A stretch of 64,000 bases of DNA from NCBI GenBank assembly GCA_040776945.1, contig JAXGZN010000001.1:288001-352000 (forward strand). Direction: 5' to 3'. The position numbers were made by a program, and so were the translations under genes. The stretch is from Methanomassiliicoccaceae archaeon (GTDB lineage: Archaea > Thermoplasmatota > Thermoplasmata > Methanomassiliicoccales > Methanomassiliicoccaceae). A model generated the notes under the pieces. That model did no database searches. It was not told the origin of the DNA and saw only the letters and a program-made list of their open reading frames with translations. Shown one piece after another: positions 58,488 through 64,000 of the stretch; position 1 is the first letter of the stretch; every line of letters starts with the position of its first letter.

Positions 58488-59522
58488 ATGAGGGCTGCAG
58501 TTCTGAGAGGGCCCGGGAACCTGTCGATCGAGGATATATGCGAGCCTCGATGTCCTGAGCGCGGAGCGATCATCGAGGTCATCGCATGTGCCGTTTGCCC
58601 GACCGACATCAAGATGGTCAGGACCGGGCAGAAGGACCTGACCTATCCCCGCGTGCTTGGCCATGAGGTCGTGGGGACCGTGGTGAAGACACGTTCCTCA
58701 AGCCTAAGCGTCGGCGATGCCATACAGATATGGCCAGGGATCCCCTGCGGGAGATGCCGGTCCTGTCTGAGAGGCCAGGACAACATGTGTTCCGAACAAG
58801 GCATCGTCGGATTCAATCAGGACGGCGGCTTCGCTGAGCGGATGGCCATCCCTGGGCAGCTGATCGACGGCCATGGAACGAACCTCCTCCCCGATGACCT
58901 GGACCCCGTCATGGCGACCTTGACCGAGCCTTTGGCGTGCTGCGTGCACGGCCAATCTATGGCCCGGGTCGAACAAGACGACGTGGTGGCCATCTTCGGC
59001 GCAGGGCCAATGGGCCTGATGCACGCGGCCCTTGCCTCGAGCAAAGGAGCGAGCGTTCTCGTGATCGAGCCTGACCCGGAGCGAAGGAGGCTCGCGCTGC
59101 GCATGGGCGCGGAGCATGCGGTGGACCCTGCAGATGGCCCGTTCGATGCGATCGCGGAACGAACGGCCATGAGAGGGGCGGACGTGGCCATCCTTGCCAC
59201 TCCGAAGGTGAAAGTGAACGATGGACTTCTCAGGGCCATGGCCCCGCGCGGACGCATTTGCGCTTTCTCCGGTCTACGTAAGGGAGAACCCCCGAGCACC
59301 TTGGACATGAATATTCTGCACTACCGCGAGCTTGTTCTGGTAGGAGCGTACGGCTGCACCAGCTCCAGCGATGCGGAGGCGTTGCGGACCCTGGCATCGG
59401 GAAAGTTGGACCTTCGCCCCCTTATCTCAAGGAGGATGCCCCTGACCTCGATCGAGGAGGCGTTCACATTGATCGAGGAACGCCTTGCGCTCAAGTGTGT
59501 GATCGATGACATGAAAGGGTGA
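58488..59522 (+). CDS. Zn-dependent medium-chain alcohol dehydrogenase (sorbitol/threonine dehydrogenase-like)
   Basis: CAVCPTD, GHE, CGRCRSC..C, EPLAC, FGAGPMG. Confidence 0.9.
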   Translation: MRAAVLRGPGNLSIEDICEPRCPERGAIIEVIACAVCPTDIKMVRTGQKDLTYPRVLGHEVVGTVVKTRSSSLSVGDAIQIWPGIPCGRCRSCLRGQDNMCSEQGIVGFNQDGGFAERMAIPGQLIDGHGTNLLPDDLDPVMATLTEPLACCVHGQSMARVEQDDVVAIFGAGPMGLMHAALASSKGASVLVIEPDPERRRLALRMGAEHAVDPADGPFDAIAERTAMRGADVAILATPKVKVNDGLLRAMAPRGRICAFSGLRKGEPPSTLDMNILHYRELVLVGAYGCTSSSDAEALRTLASGKLDLRPLISRRMPLTSIEEAFTLIEERLALKCVIDDMKG

Positions 59523-59526
59523 AAGG

Positions 59527-60645
59527 ATGGATGAGAAGCTACGGACCTTCGGTGCAGCAGTGAACAGCCTCATGAAAGGAAAGCACCTCTCCCGTGCCCA
59601 GGCCAAGGAGCTTTTTCGGCAGGTGCTTCTCCGCGAACAGCCGGACCTGCAGCAAGGGGCGTTCCTTGCCGCCATCACTGCCAAGGGCGCCACGCCCCAG
59701 GAGATCGCGGGAAGCTGGGAGGCCATCTATGAGTTCGATACCATCAAGGTCACCCCTAACGTCAGCTCGCCTCTGGTGGACAACTGCGGAACGGGCATGG
59801 ACGCGCTTAAGACGTTCAACATATCCACCGCCGCCTCGATCATCGCTGCTGCCGATGGGGTGGTCATGGCCAGGCATGGTGCGAGAGCGATAACCTCTCG
59901 ATGTGGGACCATCGACATCATTGAGGCGCTCGGCGTGGACGTGGAGTGTGATGTGTCCGTGGTGAAGAGGAGCATCGAGACCGCAGGCATAGGGGTGTTC
60001 AACGGGATGTCTTCCAAGGTGCACCCCACGGCGCTTGGGAGGATACTGTCTCAGATCAGGTTCGGAACGATCCTCAATGTCGCCGGCTCGCTGGCGAACC
60101 CTGCTCTGCCTCGCTTTGGCGTGAGGGGGGTGTACTCGCCCTCTATGATCGCTCCCACCTTGGAGACGATGAGGGAGCTTGGATATCATAGGGCCATTGT
60201 ATTTCACGGAAAGAACGGACCAGGCACCAAAGGGATGGATGAGATGTCCACCCTCGGACCGACGACCATCATGGAGCTGGACCGCAAAGGGTCCATCTCA
60301 TCCTATTTCATAACGCCCGAAATGATGGGCATCCGGCTTGCGAGGGAGGAGGACCTGCTGACCTCCGGTGACCGAGAGTCGGAGGCCCTGAGGCTGCTCC
60401 GCATCCTTGGAGGCGGTGGGGGCCGGGTTGAGCAGGACATCGTCTGCCTGAACGCCTCCCCTATCCTCTACATGATGGGGCGAGCGGATTCATTGCGGAA
60501 CGGCGTGGAAAGGGCTAGGTCCATCTTGGAGAACGGTCGAGGATTGAGGAAGCTTCAGGATTGGACGAGGTCTCAGAGTGCGGACCCCGCAATAGGGGCG
60601 TCGAAGCTTCAGGGCCTGATCGCCAGGGCAGGCATACCGGCCTAG
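59527..60645 (+). CDS. Anthranilate phosphoribosyltransferase-like protein (divergent TrpD family)
   Basis: DNCGTGMD..TFNISTA, RHGAR, GMDEMS. The anthranilate-binding Asn and Arg positions appear substituted. Confidence 0.85.
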   Translation: MDEKLRTFGAAVNSLMKGKHLSRAQAKELFRQVLLREQPDLQQGAFLAAITAKGATPQEIAGSWEAIYEFDTIKVTPNVSSPLVDNCGTGMDALKTFNISTAASIIAAADGVVMARHGARAITSRCGTIDIIEALGVDVECDVSVVKRSIETAGIGVFNGMSSKVHPTALGRILSQIRFGTILNVAGSLANPALPRFGVRGVYSPSMIAPTLETMRELGYHRAIVFHGKNGPGTKGMDEMSTLGPTTIMELDRKGSISSYFITPEMMGIRLAREEDLLTSGDRESEALRLLRILGGGGGRVEQDIVCLNASPILYMMGRADSLRNGVERARSILENGRGLRKLQDWTRSQSADPAIGASKLQGLIARAGIPA

Positions 60646-60651
60646 CCCTGG

Positions 60652-61068
60652 TCAGATGGACTGGGTCTGCTCCCCGCCATCTTCCTTCTCCCACCAATTG
60701 TTGCGCTTCTTGTGGTCGTCCACGTCCTCCTCCGAGGTCATGGCCACAGAGGCTCGCTGGGGGACCCCGTCGAACTCCACGACCGGGACGTTGGCAGCGG
60801 CATGGAGCTTGACGATATAATCTCGCAGGAACTCCAGTTCCTCCATGGTGACGGTCGGGGGAAACTTGAGGAAGAACACGTGGACGTTCCTGACGGTATC
60901 ATAGAAGTATCTTAGATCGGCCTTTCCCAGGAGCTCACGGAACCGGGGACTGTCCCTTTTCCTCTTGGACAGATTGGTCAGGCGATCTACCCATACTTCA
61001 TCTGCCTTGATCATTATGGTCTCCACTCCGAGTACCTTCCACATGACCGCCCGGAAGAGATTATCCAT
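60652..61068 (-). CDS. Hypothetical protein
   Basis: Protein-like composition from MDNLFRAV or MIKADEVWV onward. No motif recognised. Confidence 0.6.
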   Translation of the reverse strand: MDNLFRAVMWKVLGVETIMIKADEVWVDRLTNLSKRKRDSPRFRELLGKADLRYFYDTVRNVHVFFLKFPPTVTMEELEFLRDYIVKLHAAANVPVVEFDGVPQRASVAMTSEEDVDDHKKRNNWWEKEDGGEQTQSI

Positions 61069-61475
61069 AGATAAATCCTTAGACCGCCGTCCCGAGCGTG
61101 AGGGGATCGGACAGGCAGGACCTGATGTCCCTATCGGCCCACAGCACCGTCTCCGTCCCAGCACCATTTTCCTTTATGCGGTCTGCTCATTTGGCCCTGA
61201 AGCGCCATCATCTATTGGCCTGCAGGCAGCGACGGCCATGCGGGCCGGCGATGGAGAACTCTACGGAGCGGGGCCTCGATCAGATCGGCAGCCTAACGGT
61301 TCGCAGTCCTGCTTGGAGCTAGATGTCGAGGCCGAGATGCCCATCGGCCATGTGGCGGCGACCATCGTACCGCGGGGGACCGAAGGGCTCATGGGGCCGC
61401 TTGTCCGGAACCGCTTCAAGCATTTTGTTCGCCGGGGCCAAGGATTAAATCAGGCCGGGACATAGCAACCAATGT

Positions 61476-61670
61476 ATGCCCGTACATCTTCCGCCGCACA
61501 AGCACTGTCCCAACTGCGATGATCCCATGTCCGAGCGCTTGGAATATTGCTCGGAGCAGTGCATGGTCGATCACGCCGTCAAGAGGAAACGGGGGAGCGC
61601 TAGGATGAAGCTGTTCTACGTCGGCGCGGCGGCCGCCCTGGTGCTGATATGGGTGCTGTCCTTCATCTAG
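61476..61670 (+). CDS. DUF2116-like Zn-ribbon membrane protein
   Basis: PPHKHCPNC..YCSEQC, basic stretch, C-terminal TM helix. Confidence 0.85.
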   Translation: MPVHLPPHKHCPNCDDPMSERLEYCSEQCMVDHAVKRKRGSARMKLFYVGAAAALVLIWVLSFI

Positions 61671-62808
61671 ATCGGAGGGCATCGAGCAGCCTGAGAGCCC
61701 CCACGGTCTCCGGCACATCATGCACCCGCACGACGTTCGCCCCGTTAAGGGCTGCCACCGCCGCGGCGGCTAAGCTGCCCCCGCCACGGCGCTCTGCGGT
61801 GTCTCCGGCTATCCTGCTCACGAAGCCCTTTCTCGAGGCCCCGATCAACAGAGGGCGTCCACTGCACCTCAGCTCCCTGGTCCGCCGCAGTATATCGAGA
61901 TTGTGTTCCTGGAGCTTGCCGAAGCCGATGCCGGGATCGAGCAGGATGCGCTCCCTTGGCAGTCCCAAGCTTTCTGCCGTCTCCATCCGCTGCTCCCAGA
62001 ACCACATGATGTCGCTGATGACATCATCGTAGCTCTCCTCGCTGACCTCTTTCTGCATGGTCTTGGGCTCGCCCAACATGTGCATGAGCACTACGGGCGC
62101 TCCTGTGTCCGCGACCACCTCCACCATCTCTCTGGACCTAAGCCCGGAAACGTCGTTGATCATCTGGGCACCCGCCCGGACGGCCTCCCTCGCCACCTCT
62201 GGCTTCATCGTGTCTATGGATATTGGCACGTCGGTGCGCTCTGCTAGTTCCTTGATCACCGGGATGGTGCGGCGAAGCTCTTCCTCCGCGCTGACAGGGT
62301 CCGCCCCAGGCCGTGTGGATTCGCCTCCGATGTCGATTATGTCCGCCCCCTCTTCGGTCATCGCCAACGCTCTGAGAACGCTTGCCTCGACAGTGGTGTG
62401 CGAGCTGCCGTCGGAGAAGGAATCGGGCGTCAGGTTCAAAATGCCCATGACCAGAGGGCGGTCGAATATCAGCTTACCGCCGGGCATGGCCATTGACGGG
62501 GCATCGTTCGAGCGATAGGCCTCGATGACCTTTGCCGCAGCATCGTCCCCCAGCAACGCTCTGGCTCCGGAAGGCAGGTCGTCCGCACCGCCCAGTAGGC
62601 AGGCCCGAGGATGATGTCCCATGTCCGAGAAGCTCGAGGTGAGCCCGGCATCCCTGGCCCGCCTCGATGCATCCTCAGCTCCCACCCCCTCGATGAAGAG
62701 AGCGAGAGGAAGGGGAGCGTCCGGCATAGGTGGCATAGGCATCCTCATCCTTGAGAGGTCTTCGCGGACCTCGGCCCACGAGCGGTAGCGCCTTAGGCGG
62801 ACGAACAT
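61663..62808 (-). CDS. folP: Dihydropteroate synthase with N-terminal extension
   Basis: MGILNLTPDSFSDG, DIGGESTRPG, SIDT, INDVSG, LMHM, DPGIGFGK, GASRK, VRVHDV. Confidence 0.93.
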   Translation of the reverse strand: MFVRLRRYRSWAEVREDLSRMRMPMPPMPDAPLPLALFIEGVGAEDASRRARDAGLTSSFSDMGHHPRACLLGGADDLPSGARALLGDDAAAKVIEAYRSNDAPSMAMPGGKLIFDRPLVMGILNLTPDSFSDGSSHTTVEASVLRALAMTEEGADIIDIGGESTRPGADPVSAEEELRRTIPVIKELAERTDVPISIDTMKPEVAREAVRAGAQMINDVSGLRSREMVEVVADTGAPVVLMHMLGEPKTMQKEVSEESYDDVISDIMWFWEQRMETAESLGLPRERILLDPGIGFGKLQEHNLDILRRTRELRCSGRPLLIGASRKGFVSRIAGDTAERRGGGSLAAAAVAALNGANVVRVHDVPETVGALRLLDALRSR

Positions 62809-62809
62809 A

Positions 62810-63913
62810 TCATAGCAGAGGCTCGATCAGCTCGACCAGGTCGATTATCTCCACCTTGGCCTTGGAGCTTTCCTTTCCAACTTTCAGGTTGTTCACGCAG
62901 AATGGGCAGGTGGTCACCATGACATCGGCGAACTTGGCCTCCTCCACCCGCTTCTCCGCGATCTGACCGGACAGCTCGGGGTAAGCGGAGCGGACGCCTC
63001 CACCGCCGCCACAGCAGCGAGAGGTCTCGGCGTTGCGGGGCATCTCCTTGAACTGCGCTCCCGGGATCTTGGCCAGCACCTCTCTCGGTGCCTTGTACAC
63101 CTTGGTGTGCCGTCCCAGGTGGCACGGGTCATGGTAGGTTATCTTCTTCTCCAGCTTTGAAGGCTTGAGGTCCTTTGACGCTAGATATTCAGCCACATGG
63201 AGCACCTTGAACGGCACGTCCACATGCCTCGGGTACTCCTCCTTGAACATGCGGTAGCAACCTGCGCAGGAGAAGATCACCTCCTCCACTCCCAGGGAGA
63301 CTATGGCGTCGATGTTCTTCCTCATCTGCGCCGCCACATCCTCCTCCTTCCAACCGATCCTTTCCATGACGCTGCCGCAGCAGGACTCATCCAGCAGGGT
63401 GTAGTCCTCGCCCAGCTTCTTCAATATCGATATCGTGGCCTTTGCCGTCGAAGGGTTCCGATAGGCCGAGGTGCACCCGATGAAGTAGCCAAGCTTGGCC
63501 TTTCGAGGCTTTTCCCCGAAGACCTCGGGGACGGGGCGCCGCTCCGCGTAGGGGTTGCCGTTGTCGAGGATGCTTTCGACCACCTTGCGGTGGCTGGGCA
63601 GCATTATTCCTGAGGCGACGATATCCCTTCGGGCCCGCTCGACTATGTCGACGACCTTCACTTTTGACGGGCAACGACGCTCGCAGTCCTTGCAGGTAGT
63701 GCATTGATAGAGGGCCTCCACCACCGACTCGTCGGCCGGTATCTCGCCCTGCATGAGCCCGTAAGAGAGGATCACCCTGCCTCTCGCCACCCCGGGGTCC
63801 CAACCGATGTCCTCGAAGGCCGGGCACACGCTCTTGCAAAACCCGCACATGGTGCAGGTCATCATCTCTTTCTTGACATCCATGAGGTTCTTCGCATCGA
63901 TCTTGTCGGCCAT
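62810..63913 (-). CDS. HdrD/GlcF-like Fe-S oxidoreductase (2x[4Fe-4S] plus two CCG domains)
   Basis: CTMCGFCKSVCP, CTTCKDCERRCP, GC, CCG, CAGC, YHDPCHLGR, CCGGGGG, TCPFC. Confidence 0.9.
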   Translation of the reverse strand: MADKIDAKNLMDVKKEMMTCTMCGFCKSVCPAFEDIGWDPGVARGRVILSYGLMQGEIPADESVVEALYQCTTCKDCERRCPSKVKVVDIVERARRDIVASGIMLPSHRKVVESILDNGNPYAERRPVPEVFGEKPRKAKLGYFIGCTSAYRNPSTAKATISILKKLGEDYTLLDESCCGSVMERIGWKEEDVAAQMRKNIDAIVSLGVEEVIFSCAGCYRMFKEEYPRHVDVPFKVLHVAEYLASKDLKPSKLEKKITYHDPCHLGRHTKVYKAPREVLAKIPGAQFKEMPRNAETSRCCGGGGGVRSAYPELSGQIAEKRVEEAKFADVMVTTCPFCVNNLKVGKESSKAKVEIIDLVELIEPLL

Positions 63914-63914
63914 C

Positions 63915-64000
63915 CTATCCCACCCTGGGAACTGTTATGCTGCCATCCATGTTGATCAGCACCTTGGCATCCTTGTTCTTGGCCAGCGCGGCGTCGACGG
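63915..64000 (-). CDS. C-terminus of a gene entering from beyond the window (LarA/lactate racemase-like ending)
   Basis: VDAALAKNKDAKVLINMDGSITVPRVG* ends 1 nt before the HdrD-like ATG. Family guess rests on 27 aa only. Confidence 0.4.
   Translation of the reverse strand, partial: VDAALAKNKDAKVLINMDGSITVPRVG

Noticed and set aside
1-64000. Pyrrolysine (TAG) read-through, expected to be possible in this lineage
   Set aside because: The TAG stops I checked (dtdA, MtrH-like, hydantoinase, TrpD-like, DUF2116) fall at natural protein ends. The TAG in the 5980 relic is followed by an apparent frameshift. No pyl or mtmB/mtbB/mttB genes are in the window.

Overview
GC-rich archaeal chromosomal window, most consistent with a Thermoplasmatota methanogen of the Methanomassiliicoccales type. 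This is inferred from aRF1, archaeal-type PheS/TrpS/DTD2, the rpl18e-rpl13-rps9-rpoN-tRNA-Pro cluster, and MtaA-, MtrA-, MtrH- and HdrD-like genes. Housekeeping genes are interleaved with accessory loci. The stand-out locus is a four-gene, eukaryote-like ubiquitination cassette at 12734-15051: E1, a ubiquitin-like protein with GG plus a 6-aa propeptide, a UBC-type E2 with HPN...C, and an Rpn11/CSN5-like JAMM protease, with no E3 visible. About 2 kb downstream are two tandem giant DUF4011/SF1-helicase/Vsr-like genes that share patchy near-identical DNA tracts. A second candidate new system at 49777-53164 is a translationally coupled trio: a Zn-ribbon membrane protein, a membrane protein ending in a (Cys-Ala)6-GGGR tail, and a radical SAM/SPASM enzyme with a PqqD/RRE-like N-terminus. 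No rRNA, CRISPR array, transposase or integrase was recognised. All calls come from motif recognition by eye; no database searches were run.
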